Below are positions 25,928-40,089 of a stretch of DNA of 64,000 nt, one piece after another. The notes beneath the pieces were generated by a model, which worked only from the letters and a program-made list of their open reading frames with translations, made no database searches and had not been told where the DNA came from. The DNA comes from Eledone cirrhosa (lineage: Eukaryota), in the NCBI GenBank assembly GCA_964016885.1, contig OZ024740.1, forward strand, positions 294,686,001-294,750,000. The letters are read 5' to 3'. The position numbers and the translations under genes are program-made. Every line of letters begins with the position of its first letter. Position 1 is the stretch's first letter.

Positions 25928-27135
25928 CTAAAAGTAAAGAAAGCATAACAAATTAAAACATAGAAACACATTTTACTTACAGAAATAGTGTTATCATCAA
26001 TGATTAAACATCCATTTGACAATTTTCAAATGGATTTAAGTTTCTAAAATTCTCTCTAATTACATAATCTCAAGTTTTCCTTGGTCTATCTTTATCTGCT
26101 GTATTTACTATCATAATGTTGTGGGTTGGATTCCTGGACCAGGTTGTGTGTTGTGTTCTTCAGCAAAACACTTAATTTCATGCTGCTCCAGTATAATAAT
26201 AATAATACTCAACTGAAAATAAATACCAGCAATAGCTAAGGGTTTAACTCTGTAATAGATGGTGTCCTGTCCAGGGGGAAGTATTGGACTCTTAGTTGCT
26301 TAATGCCAGGGAAACCAAGACAAGCAATGACCTAATGAGCTTCAGAGCTCGAGATAATCTTTAGACTTTTTTTTAGATTAGTTATGGCATTTTGTCAACT
26401 GTATCTTTGCATCCATCTCTCTGGAATATATTACCTGGGGATTACTTATTAATTATGTAATTAATTAGCAATTACGCATATGCAACATTATTTTTAGCAC
26501 AAATGACTACAGTACATTCACCATTTTGATACAAAACTGGCTGAAACTGCTCTGGAATTATCATACAAAACTTTTCAACATAATTTTATTTAGAAATTTG
26601 TCATAAGTAAAGTTATAAATATCAGCTTACTAATGAAAAACTTAGTCATTTTATTGAATTCCTCCTTTGGTTATTTAAAAAATTAATTGGAACACACAAG
26701 CAGTGTATTTTATTAGAAATATGGCAATGAAAAAGCTAAACAACAAAATCTTTCATGCAATACTGCCAATTTTCATAATACTCTGTCCACAAGTAAAGAC
26801 ACTATAAACATTTGAATAAACTAACAAATGTTTTCAGACATTTTCTGCTCAATCATTACAAGATAAGAGTAATACTCAAAAGAAAAACAGTGTAAAGTGA
26901 ACTGAAAAACTGACTGAGCATCATGTGTATTGGTTGGGGTAAGTAGGAGAAATGACTATATTGGTAATGTAATGGTAAAGTATGATCTATGCTTGATGGA
27001 ATGTAACATGAACTGATGGACATATAAATGAGATTTGTGAATGGTTTGATTTACAAATGAAGTAAGACAGTATCAAACAGATAAACAATTAGCTTTCTTT
27101 AGGAGTTTATATGACCAACTATAAGCTAACATACA

Positions 27136-27557
27136 TTAACCCTTTAGCATTTAAACCGGCTGTAACCAGCCAGAATTCTCTCACCACTTTCTGCTCAAAC
27201 TGGCTGTATTGTTCTCAAAATAAATAATTGTTTCTACTTTTGACACAAGGCCAGCAATTACCCAGTACATGACTGGTACTTTATTTTATCGACCCCGTAA
27301 GGATGAAAGGCAAAGTTAACCTCGGCGGGATTTGAACTCAGAATGGAAAGGGCCGTAACTATGCGTCAAAGCATGGCGTCCGACCCTCTACCGATACTGC
27401 CAATCCACCGCCCTAAATAATATCAAAATCTCATAGATTCAATATTATGTGAGGTAAAGCCTTTACTGTGAAAATATAATAGTGAATATAGAATAATCAT
27501 CATCATTTAACATCCATCTTCCATGCTAGCATGGGTTGGTAAATACTAAAGGGTTAA
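27136..27557. mobile_element. Family A TTAA MITE containing a nested SINE (~27228-27413, minus)
   Basis: ttaaccctttagc...ctaaagggttaa termini; SINE flanked by taaataa duplication. Confidence 0.8.
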
Positions 27558-30500
27558 AACAATTTAAATTTGCTCAATGTTTCGTAAAATGATGATGATG
27601 AATTATGTGGGAAAAAAAAAACAACAAAAAATCTTTCAATGAGAAGAAGACATGAGAAATTATTATTATTAAAAGAAACCATAACATATATCATAAATGT
27701 TTTCATATAAACCAATAGCAATATTGTTTATCACACAAGTATAAAGTTGGATATATATGTTGCGACATTTCATGCCTATAAAAATCCTTTCCATGCAAGC
27801 ATGGAAAAAGCAGGTGTAAAAATGACAATGATGATATATGTGGTTGTCATTAGGAAGAGCATTCAGTCATAGAAATCTAGCCAGAAACTTGCCTCTAATG
27901 GGACAAACCCTCAGGACAAACTTATTCAACCTGTACCGATAAAAATGAACTGGTTCATTTTTGTATGTATATAGATAGATAGATTATATCTGCAAAGTTA
28001 CACTAGTCACTCGACGATTGGGAGTTTCAAACTTCAGCACACTTGTGCATGCAAACAACTCCAAACCATTGCTGAATCTATTAATAAAGTTAATTATCTT
28101 AATGACCCAATACCACAATAAACTCATATATTCAGCCTTTAGCATCTATTGTCAATCCTTGAAAGAAAAATTAAAATAGGAAATTATTTTTATACAAGAA
28201 AACAATAACTAAGAAAATCTTATTTTCTTATCATTGAACTTCAGCAGAAATGTTTGATATATATCAATTATCTTAACAAATGTAGCTACAGTGAAACTAC
28301 TAATTAATTGAAGATTCAGAAGTAATTTACCTGAAAATAAGGCATGACTAAAGAGACAAAGTCTGCTCAGTAACCCATTTTAATGGGCAAGGGAGCAATT
28401 TGTTGGGTTTTTTTTCCACTATTAAACAGTAAAAGCATGTTAAATCATAAACTTTATTTATATATCACACTAAAACATCAATAAGTTACAAGTCTTATTG
28501 ACAAATACTCTCGGGCCCCAGATAATGCAGGGTGGATATTTGCTTAGATTCTTATAAGTGGGAAGAATTGGGAAATCAGTAATTGTATAGTGTATGTTTG
28601 TAAATTTGGGATTTCTTGTAATGTTCTTTTTTTGTCATATATAATGTTTTTTTAATGTAAATTTAAATTATTATTAGATTCTCCAGTTGCTGAATCATTT
28701 ACAATATAATTTTGCTGGAGATAGATTAGCAAAATTTAATAAGTGGAGGAAGTGTGGGAAAGTGTGTAGGGAGCATCATTCAAGACCTTGGAGTGCTTAA
28801 GATTGAATAGGTAATTGTTTTCTCTAGGATTGAATAACTACAGGATAGAGTTTTAACCCCTTCATTACCATATTAATAATGAAAGATATTGCCTATGATT
28901 TTCAAATAATTTTGAAAATAATCAAGAATTTTGAGGGATTTATTAAGAGCAATGTATTCTCCATCCTGTTCGCCGGGACCAAGAGGCTAAGGGTAAGATA
29001 GTTGGAGGTGGAAGATACTCATTCGGACGTCACACACACACACACACACACATTGGCTATGTCATCAATGTTATTAAATTGAACAATCTGAGACAACCAC
29101 AGCAGCAGTAGTAGTAGCCATGGTGGTGACAAAACAATCACCTAAATATATGCTTTGCAGTATTTGTTTCAGCTCCCTGAGTTTTGAGTTCAAATCCCAC
29201 TAAGTCCATTAACTTTCTCATTATGTGGTGTTTAGAATATAGTTTAACAAAGGCTCTTACATAAAATTATGATGGAAGGTTTTTAGATAAATATAAACAT
29301 TTTAAAGTCTTGTATTGTAGAACCAGGGCCAGTTTCAGGTGGTTTAGTAGCAAAAGAGTTAATGTCAATGTAGTACAAAATAATTTGTAGAGTGAAATAA
29401 CATTCAAGTATGCAACTATGTATTTCTTTACACTTTTGATAACAACTTCACCAATATTGACTCTGCTTCTATGAAATGAAACAACTATCTAAATTAATAT
29501 CTTTCAACATAATTTTATATAATAACTATATATTAAGTTACTTAGTAATGAGATAATTTCTGTAAATCCATCAACATTCTTCATTAACTAATTGAACTAG
29601 TATTTCATCAGAAATATGGTCATGAAAGAGTAGTATTCTGATAATCTATTTTATATTACAGTTCTAGCCATTTTAACAACTGTTTTGGTATGTTTACACT
29701 GGGAAATAGGTTTTTTTTCCAATACCACACACATGTTTACATAAACACATGGCATAGCTATCTAGTTTTGCTTTGCATGGTTCAAACTTGATGTGACACT
29801 TTGTGTAAGTTTCTTCAACTGTAGGCTTGAATTGACCAATACCTTGTGAATGGAATTCAGTAAACAGAAACTATGCAGGAGCCTGTTGTGTATATATATG
29901 TTTCTGTGTTCACACCAGTCTGGTATTATTATTATTTGTGCAGTCCATCAAAAAGGTATTGATAAAATAAGTACCAAACTGAAATACTGGGGTCAATATG
30001 ATAAGCCAAAATCCTTGAAGGTACTGTTCCAGCATGACCACAGTCCAATGATTGAAGGTTAGGTGCGTTATTTTCTAATGAAAGCAATCAATACAGTGCT
30101 ACATAATACTACAGCAAGGCACTACCTCTAAGATGGAATCATTTATTTGAAGACACCAAACAGCAACTGTCCTAAACACACTTGCAAGATAAATGTTACA
30201 ACCATACAACATTGGTGTAAAATATTGTAAAGTATTTTTCAAATGGCCTTAAATTATATTAGTTGTTTAACAAAAACAGCAAATGTGAGCTACAACTAAG
30301 TGAAAAACATGTCTAATGCCATAACTTTATAAAAATATTGTAAACAGATATAGAGAAAATGGAGCTGACATGCAATTGCTGAAATATAGAGCTTTATTCC
30401 ATACAGAGTAAAAGCCTAAAGAATGCATTGTATGAATACTGATGTCTTAGCAACAATCAACAAGCTACATTGAACTTACAAAGGACTTCTTTAAAAGCTG

Positions 30501-33500
30501 TTTGTACTAATACAGCAACTTATTCTCTTGTTGCCACCTGAAAAACACCACAGCACTTTCAATGAATATTTGGAAATTGAGAAAAAAAACAAAAAAACAC
30601 CAATATATCAGAGGCAGTGTTTGATAAAGTACAGGCATTTAGGAATGGATCAAAATGGTGCAACCTTTGTCTTAGAGAGAAACGCACCATATCCCAATCA
30701 AATAAAAAGAGTTAACTAATTTTGACTTGCTGACATATTGGAATTCTTTGGGAATTTCAAGAACAGTTCTTTCTATGACATATGACAGCCAGAAACCTAC
30801 AGCACATAAATATCATTCCTTTCCAACTTGCTGACATGTACAGTCAGCTGAAGGGCCAATCACGTGAAATTGTGGTATATATTCCCTTGGACATGTAATG
30901 TGCATGGACAATGATCACTGGGTGAAGAAGTGCCAGGAAATGGCAGTGGAAGGAAATCGCAGTAGAGGTAGATCAAGACAGACCTGGGCAGAGGTTGTGA
31001 GAATTGACCTCAAATCACTGCGATGATGACAAAGGATTGCGATGAGGACCTGTCCAACCTATTCAAGCATGGAAAAGCAGACGTGATGATAATGTTCCCT
31101 TAATATATGTCAGACTATTTACTTCTTACATAATATTGTATATATTATTATACCAATCATAGTTTGTTTATAGTTTTCATAAGACATTTTTCAAAACGTT
31201 GAGAGTTGGGATAAGTGTCTCAGATGAATCTATCTTAATGAATAATCTTGCATAGTAAAGTATATATGGCTATGTATGTGTGCATTTACATGCCAGTGCA
31301 TACAAGTATCATACATATATATATATATATATACACACATTGTTTATCACAAGATTGGGCACCTCTATATGTGTGCATGTGAAAACATGCTAGCTAATAG
31401 CTTGATTGCAATTATTCATATGTATGGTTTTGAGGTCATCATGAATATGTGAGTGATATTTCACTAGGTGCAGGTACTACAAAAATAAGCTATTCTCACT
31501 CTTGGCTGACTGTTCCTTCCACCTGCCATCTGATTGACCTTCATGTCTAAGCTTCAACAACTCTTTTTTTTCTGAGGAACTGAAACCTAATACAACAAAG
31601 TTTTGGACAGTTTTGTATATCTGCTTGACCAGCACCATCTAGCATGTTTTTGTTCTACCTCCAAATCACATAGAAGTGCCTGGCTCAATACTACATCCCT
31701 CAGAGTCAACTGGTACTCAGCTGAACAGTGGCCGTTTCTGTATCAGTGTTTTCCTGAGTTTTGGTCTTCAGATCAGCGAGTAATACAAATGCCATTCTGG
31801 ATCTATGCTAAATGCTTTCAGCCTCAGCCTTATGCCATGCCACTTCAGTCTCAGTTGCATTTCACACAAGATCATTAAGCATAACTTAGATGTAGCTTAA
31901 ACTGATGAGAAGGGATGGCAAAAGGCCAGATGGCATCACAATCTTCCAGTTCCATGGTGGTAAGCCTCTCATCTGGGATGTAACAGTCTTGTTACTCGAC
32001 AGGCTGACGACTGAAGTACCAGCTGCTTTCTAATAGGTTTATCACTGAACCTATTGTGGCATCGAGGATCCTGGAACTACTTCTATCAGAGATGGAGTTG
32101 GCCAATTGCAAGAATGAATCCCGCGAGTTAAACTGGCTACCTTTGCTATCCTTCGGAGTAACGTCTTTGCAATTCTGTCTGTTGGAACCACAAGGCAACC
32201 CCGCCGCAGAGAAACAGAATGAGAAAATAAAAGAATGTGACAATTCATTGGTTGGTCCCTACTGTTACTGTTAGTTACAATGCAACGCCACAACACAACA
32301 CATAATGTACAATGACTAGACATGTACTCTCTTGCAGTGAGCCATTATGGTTGACGATTAAACAGAAACAATGTAAGAGAAAACTATTTTGTCTTGTCAA
32401 GAACATGACAACCTCTTTAGTGTTGGTGCTATGATAAAACACACCCAGTACAATCTGTAAGGTGGTTTGTACTAGGAAGGGCATCAAACTATAAAAACCA
32501 TGCCAAAAATGGAACATACTAGCGTGACATGATTCACAATTAAAAGGGACAATAACTCTGAATAAGAGTTGACTTGGTCTGTAATGATGTATCCAATCCG
32601 TGCCAAGATTATGATGATAATGTAATATGATAAAAGTACATATGTCACTAAATAAAATTTGGTATTAATCAAATGTAGTCTGTAGCTAAGCTTTTTTCCG
32701 AGCACTTAGTATCTGTTGCTGACAGCAGTAAGCAGATTCCCAACAGAATACAATCGTATACTATAGTTGAGATTCACCAATACCAACAATAACTGCAGCT
32801 ATTATATTACAAAGGAAATCTACTTTTCACTTTGGAGAAGGTTTCATTTTTATGAACATTAAATATATATTCACTTTATGACTGATCTGATTTTCCTCAA
32901 TTTAAAATAGAAATATTTTTTATCCACTTAAAAATGGCAGAATACTGCACATAAATCACATAAATGTTCCCCAAAATCACATGGCAGAACACTGCTGTAG
33001 TTTAAAATCGATTATGTAAGCTTCTTTACTCCACTTTCCTTTATCATAGAGTATATATCTTGAGGGCAATTAAACAAACAAACATCTATCTAACAAACAA
33101 ATATCTTGTAAATATTTACATAAGCCTTTTCCTTTATATATTTGTGACAATGATAAATTGCCTTTTGATAATATTGATATGAGGGGAGTCGGTCAAATCA
33201 GGAAAGTTTTATCTCACAAAATATTACAACAGCTGATATATTTACATTAATTCAAAAATCTTCTATCTCTTAATTGTTTAATCTCCCCCTCCTCCTCTCC
33301 ACCCTTCTATTTACATAAGTTTACTGATAACATTTCTATATATAGGTCAGAAAAGTAATGATCAATTCAATATCATAGTTTTAGGAAAGCTATTAAACTG
33401 CCATTACAACAACTTTAAATGGACTTGAACATTTCTTGAAAACACACACTAACACTCTGAAAATTGAACTAAAATCTATATTTTCAAGATGTTGCTTGAA

Positions 33501-33547
33501 TGAAAGCATTTACGATATATACTTGAATATAAGCCGATCCGAATATA

Positions 33548-33715
33548 CGAGGGTCAGCTAAAAGTTCATAGGCTGACTATAAAGGAGTGATGCTAGACTT
33601 GTGAAATCTTACATGCATTAATATGATTTACAGGAACTATGTCGAAAAATAAACCTCATTTGGTCATGCCATGAGAGTATCTTGGTCAGCCTATGAACTT
33701 TTCAGCTGATCCTCG
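33548..33715. mobile_element. Mariner-type MITE with TA duplication
   Basis: TA-cgagggtcagctaaaagttcataggctgac ... gtcagcctatgaacttttcagctgatcctcg-TA. Confidence 0.85.
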
Positions 33716-33865
33716 TAAGCTATTCTGTCTGAGAAATGGGAAAAAATCCAAACCTCATATATAAACAATATATTATGTTTAGATTGTGCAGTTTTGAAAT
33801 TCTCATGAGCAGAGAATATATTTATGAAGTTTTAATATTTAAAATGTTTTAAGTGTCATTTAGAG

Positions 33866-36505
33866 CAGTGGTCGCCAACATGGGTTCCGCGGAACCTTGG
33901 GGTTCCGTAAAACAATTCTAAATAAGAACACGTTACATTCTGTTGTACTTTGCACAGAAAATATAACGCCTGTAAAGTTTCGACTACTAACAAAGGTAAT
34001 TTTGTATTCCATGCATACACTATAAACTTTGCCACACAATTATGTATTCATTTGATGACATCTGCATTCACAATTGAGAAATTACTTTATATAATAAATA
34101 TATATGTCCACAAACATTTGACTAAACTTTATTTGTTCCAATCTAATATATGTTTAACGCAGCCTAAAGCCTTCTTATATTATATCTAACTTTGAGTCAA
34201 AATAGATAGAAGATATCTGAATTAATTTCCAATACCATCGTCACATTTTCTACACTATCAGCTGATTTTCATTTTTTGCACCTATATTTACATTACCAAT
34301 AATATTTAATACGACCCTAAAGTAGTATATGCAGGAAGTGCTGGACTCTGAAAGAAATTTCTTCTAGTTGTTTATAAATTTGCACCTTTTTCAGTAACCC
34401 CTAATATTTTAATATTATTATAAGACTTTAAATAATATGTTTGCCATCCTAAAATGGAGAATTTCAATTTTTTAAATTAAATTTTTTTTAACTAGTTAAG
34501 TTTTTCCAAATATCTAAAATTAAAGTTAATTTAAGTACTTTTTGTAATAAAAAAAAAAAAATTTCTCTTGTTTATTAATGTCATATTAAAAATGTTAACT
34601 GTAGATAAATAACATTGATATGATGTCTACTGCAAAGAAGCTGAAGTTAGACAGTGGTGTGATGATTATGTTAGATATAGATTTCAAAAAGCTGACACTA
34701 AAAAAGATACACCAGATCAGCCCATGTGTTTGCTATGTTCAAAAGTTCTATCAAATAGCTGTTTAAATCCTGCAAAACTTAAAAGACACCTTGATACTAA
34801 TCACACCAATGATAAAAACAAGTCACTGGAATACTTTACATGAAACAACATCAAAAAATCACAAGCTAATATGTATGACTTGTTTTGGAAAAAGTCAGAT
34901 AGAAATAAAGCTTTAACAAGAACATCTTTTGAAATTTCACATTTGATTGGTAAAAACAAGAAACCATTTACATTAGGAGAACAGCCAAGTATAAAAATTG
35001 CTACAGAGAATTTTTTTGAAAGCTGCAGTATTAAGGACAAAGAAAAATTAAGCCAGTTACCATTGTCAGCAAATACCGTAAAAAGAAGGATAATTGATAT
35101 TTCTTCTGATATAGAAAATCAGATACTAACTGCACTAAAGAAAAGCACATGTTTTGGTCTGCAAGTGGACGAAACTACGGATATTAATAACAAGGATCAA
35201 TTAATTTGCTATGTACAGTTTGTAGACCTTGATAAAAAAGAATTAGTAGAAGAGTATTCGTTTTGTCTGGTATTAGACATCACAACTAAAGGTCAAGATA
35301 TATTCAATAAAATTGAAGAGTATTTTTTAAAAATTGGTGTATCTTGGAGCAAGTTGACTTCAATAACAACAGATGGAGCAGCTGCAATGACTGGTAAAAA
35401 TTCTGGTTTGATTGCAAAAATTAAAGAACAGACCCCAAATTGTATTTCAAATCATTGTATGATTCATCGAGAGGTTTTGTGTTCAAAAAAATTCAAAGAC
35501 AGAGATGCTCAAATATTAAATGACCAGCTGAAAGACATTGTCAAAATTATCAATTTGATCCATGCAAGAGCAAAAAATTCTAGAATGTTTGAATCTATTT
35601 GTGAATCTTCTGGAAGTAATTATAATAGATTGTTATTGAACAATGATGTGCGTTGGCTGTCTTTTGGGGATGCTATGAAGAGAGATTTTGAACTGAGAAA
35701 AGAAATAATAGTTTTTCTAAAAAAACAGAATGATGAAAAAGCAAGTGTATTAGAAACCAATGAATGGAATGTGCAACTCACTTATTTAGTAGACATTTTT
35801 GGTGAACTGAACAAACTAAATAAGTGTTTTCAGGGTAACAATGCAGATATTTTTTACTTCAATCAATTTTATTACATATTTTCAATCAAAATTAAACATC
35901 TTTATACAAAGAATTGAATCGGACAATTACTCATTACTTTAAAACCTTGAAATAGAGCTTAAAAAGAGAGAAAATTTTGACTCCAGCAATCTAAAGAAGA
36001 TTATTCTTTCTCATTTAAATGTGCTTTCCACAAGTTTTTCAGATTATTTTGACTTGATGGAAAAAGATATTGTTAGCGGAAATTTATTGATAAAAAATCC
36101 GTTCACCGAGATCGAGCAGTTAGTGTCAGAAAATGACGCTGGAAATTGTAAAAATTTACTACCTGCACAATGCTTACATCAGTTGATGGATTTGAATTCA
36201 AACGAAGACCTGAAAGTGATATTCGAAAGCAGAAAGAAAGAACTATGGATCAACTTATTCTTGATTGGGTAGTTTAATGAAATCAGCCAACTTGCATTGA
36301 AATATTTGACTTTATTCCCATCTAGCTACTTGTGCGAAAAAGGGTTTTCGCAGTTGGTAGAAATCAGCACAAAGCAGATGAATAAACTGTCAGCAATTGA
36401 CGAGTGTTTATTATTTTTTTTGAAAAGTTTTGTATTGTATAGGTTCCGGGAAGAATTCAAAATATTTAGAGGGTTCCTCGGTTTTAGAAAGGTTGGCAAC
36501 CACTG
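33866..36505 (+). mobile_element. Full-length hAT (Buster/Charlie-type) DNA transposon
   Basis: TIRs cagtggtcgccaac / gttggcaaccactg; 8-bp TSD atttagag / acttagag (nnnTAnnn); internal transposase. Confidence 0.93.
34620..36420 (+). pseudogene. Disrupted Buster-type hAT transposase (ZBED5/SCAND3/FAM200-like)
   Basis: BED-like finger PMCLLCSKVLSN..PAKLKRHLDTNH, stop near 34841, ORF 34871-35917 with LQVDETTD, TTDGAAAM, HCMIHRE, VRWLS, then frameshifted C-terminus FPSSYLCEKGFS. Confidence 0.9.
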
Positions 36506-38870
36506 ACTTAGAGTATAGTTTTTGTTTCTCAACTCCATCACAATTTTTTTACTATTTCATCAGTTTCAACAAATTTCTCAAATTTTGGTTACTCGGGGAA
36601 GATCAAAACTATGTGCAAGGGGACATAATGAATAGGGAGTAGTTGAAAGGAAGAGATTGACTAAGGGAACATTGCAAGGGTTCAGAGTAGAAGGGGAGGA
36701 GAATAACAAGCAAGAAAGAGGAGAAGCAGAGAGCAATAAAATCAAGACAGAAGTAAGATTGAAAGAAAAAGTATAATTAAGTCACTAAGAAAAACAGTCG
36801 GTGCGCATGTGTCTATGCATATATATATAGGGATATTTATGTTTTAAAAAGTTCAAATTATAAACATTAATGACGATATAGTAAATGTAGAAAATCAGTG
36901 TTTCACTGTAAAATAATCAATCAAAATATTTAGCACCTTATTTACATAGAATTTGAAGGTGAAAAATCAGCAAAATATTGATCTAAAATATAAGCTGACT
37001 CCTCACCCACCCATTTTACCATCAACTTTTTGTGTCATATTTTTCAGCTTATATCCGGTAATCTATATTATAATGTGAATCATCCCTGTCTGTCTGTTAG
37101 GCAAATGCTATAATCTAACAAAATCATTCTAAAATGTTTTCACTCATGTCGGTATTATCTGTCTGTCTGTCTGTCTCTCTCTTCAATCTATTTCTCTGTC
37201 TGTCTGCGTGTGTGTGTGCGAATTACTTACATCTAAAGATATATGGTATGTTTAATAAATTCTAATTATATATACACACATAAAATCATCACCATTATTT
37301 TACACACACAGAAACATAGTATAAAGTTCTCAAAATTATGACTGAAGGTTTTTAGATAAATATTACCACTTTAAAACATCAGCTTTGTATCATAGAACCT
37401 TGGGTGATTTCAAGTAGGTTGATATCAAAAGAGTTAAAGCACACACAGGTAACACAGAAAGAGACAACACTGATTTACAAATAGGCTAAATTCATCATGG
37501 ATTATTTCAACATTGTCTGGACACAAATCTTTCCAAAGAACACAAGTCAGCAGACTATACATTAACACAGATTGTAAACAGAGCACCCTGAAAGACCACC
37601 CAGATATGCAAGAGAGAGTTTGTTACTGCAGCAAACTCAAACTTTTACTGTTCAAATGACAACATGCAGTATTACCCCCCCAAACTCACAGATACATCTA
37701 CAACACTATCTCTCTCTCATACAATAACACATTCACTATCAATGTCTAGAGGAACAGTAATTGTTACACTGAGGAAGTCCACATTACTTGCCTTCAATTG
37801 TTACCAATATTTAACCCTTTTAATACCGAACCACTCCTGGGTCAATGCTTCAAAACTGTTTATATTTATTTAAAACAATTCTACCATAATTCTTTATAAG
37901 AACTTTTGTTAAGTTATGCTCCAAACATTAAATAATGCAAATGTTAGTTATCTAAACTTCTCCAAATTGTTTTTATTATTTCCAAAATTATTTGAAAATC
38001 AAGTAATGAAAATATAGTAATAAAAAGGTTGAAGTACAATTTGTTAGAGAAAACACACCCTCTTATAGCAATGAAATTAACAAATCCAAGAAATCACTTT
38101 GAATATTTCTACACACAATACTCAGATCATGTAACAGAGTCTTGTAAAATATCGTCTTATTTTCTCAATATTGTTTCTCCAAAGCAATGCATAAAAATTA
38201 TAATATGACATTTAAATTAAGCAGTTTGTTTCACTATATTCACAGCTGTTAGGATATTTTAATTATAAATATAAATAACCCATACTAGCATGCAAAAACG
38301 GACGTTAAATGGTAATGATAATGAAACATGTAATCACCTCCAGAATGACAAAATATTAAATTGAAAAATTATAGATGCATCTTGAACATTAAAATTCTGA
38401 TATAGAAAGAATATATAATTTGAACGAATTTCTGAAACAAAGACTTTCTTTATCCTAAATGCTAAGATAAACCAATTAGAGTAATTAATGAAACCCAGTT
38501 CTGTTAGTCAAGCTGGATAATGAACCAAATATATTTTTGATTGCATCTGGACTTTGATCAATGAATCACAGCAATATAAATACTAAATGACAAAAGTAGA
38601 CAATTCTTACACATGTAAAAATGCACACACACACACACACATTAAGTTTTAATATTGTGTTATAATAGTTTGTGAAAATAAATATAAAATGACTTGAGTA
38701 AACAGAGTTAAGTGTCTTGTTTAGAGACAAGATAATTAACTCCCAAAATAAAGTATAAGCAAGTAATGCTGACAACATGCTATTTACACAAGTTAAGCAA
38801 TGTCCTTGGCATGGTTTCAAATGAAAAACAGCACTATTAGATCAATAAAAATCTCCAAACACTTTATGAT

Positions 38871-39417
38871 TACCGTATATACTTGAATACAAGCTGGCTC
38901 ATGTCGGAGAAATAGACAAAAATCAAAGCCCTGTTTATAAGTTGAGGTAGGTAATCTATACATTATGTTTAGATAGTGCAGTTTTGAGATTCTCATGAGT
39001 GAGAATATATTTATGAAGTTTTAATATTTTGATATTTAAAATGTTTTAAGTGTCATTTAGAGTATAGTATTTGTTTCACAACTCCATTATGTAATGGTTT
39101 TTTACCCATTTCCAACCATTTTGAAAACCATATTCAGTTAAAACAAAAAAAACAATAGGAAATATGAATTTTGTGTCGAAAGTGAAACCAGTGTAATATT
39201 CACCTCTAACATGAAACTGGTGTAATAGTCACCTCAAAGTGAAACTAGTGTCATATTCATTTCCAAAGCGAAAATATTTTAGCACCTCGTTTACATAAAA
39301 TTTTGAAGTTGGTGAAAATTAGCAAAATATTGACCTTAAGTATAAGCCAACTTCTATTTTACCATCGATTTTTTAAAATCACATATTTCTTGGCTTTCAT
39401 ATGAATATATACAGTAA
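38871..39417. mobile_element. Tc1/mariner-type non-autonomous element (empty-site paralogue of 33510-37060)
   Basis: taccgtatatacttgaatacaagc ... gaatatatacagta termini; contains uninterrupted aagtgtcatttagagtatagt. Confidence 0.7.
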
Positions 39418-39872
39418 TTTATTTTTCAGAAATTTATGTAGTTTTATAAACTACTAGTAGAGGTAGAATTCAACCATGGCCTACCACACCCATAAACTAT
39501 TAGTAGAGGAACGATTAACTAATATAAAAAAAAACAAAAAACCCACCACCACTACTACATAGTCAAATATATGAATAACAAAAACAATTGCAGAGAAGGA
39601 ACTGATGTAATACGATGGTATTGCAAGACACTCCTTGTGTGTAGTTACAGAACAAAGTATCAAATTTAAAAATACTATTTCTTATAGGACTGTAAACTCT
39701 ACTTCTGTTCAGTTTCAGAAATTAAGCAGTAAAATTATATTAGAAGATATTTAACCCTTTAGTCACTACTCTGGCCAAAACTGGCTCTGGTTCTATAAAA
39801 TCCACCCACCCATTTTAAAGATTTCCAATTTAAGTTAAAATCTTCCAACATAATTTTATATCAGAACCTTAC

Positions 39873-40089
39873 ATTAACCCTTTAGCATTTACATTACTCT
39901 ATATTTACTATTGTATTTTCACAGTAAACACTTTATTTCACATAATATCAAATCTAAAAGATTTTGATGATATTTATTTTGAAAACAATATCTTAACATA
40001 AGTATGATTGGCTGGTTACGGCTGGTTTGAACAGAAAGAAGTGAGAGAGTTCTGGCCAGATATAGCCAGTTTAAATGCTAAAGGGTTAA
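39873..40089. mobile_element. Family A TTAA MITE (reverse orientation)
   Basis: ttaaccctttagcatttac ... aaatgctaaagggttaa. Confidence 0.8.

Larger units (their letters stand above)
33510..37060. mobile_element. Tc1/mariner (pogo/Tc2-like) non-autonomous element hosting two nested insertions
   Basis: Termini tacgatatatacttgaatataagccg ... cagcttatatccggta; related copy without the insertions at 38871-39417. Confidence 0.65.

Noticed and set aside
34871-35917. 348-aa ORF as a domesticated ZBED/FAM200-like gene
   Set aside because: It sits within TIRs and a TSD, with a stop upstream and frameshifts downstream; it is a dead transposase
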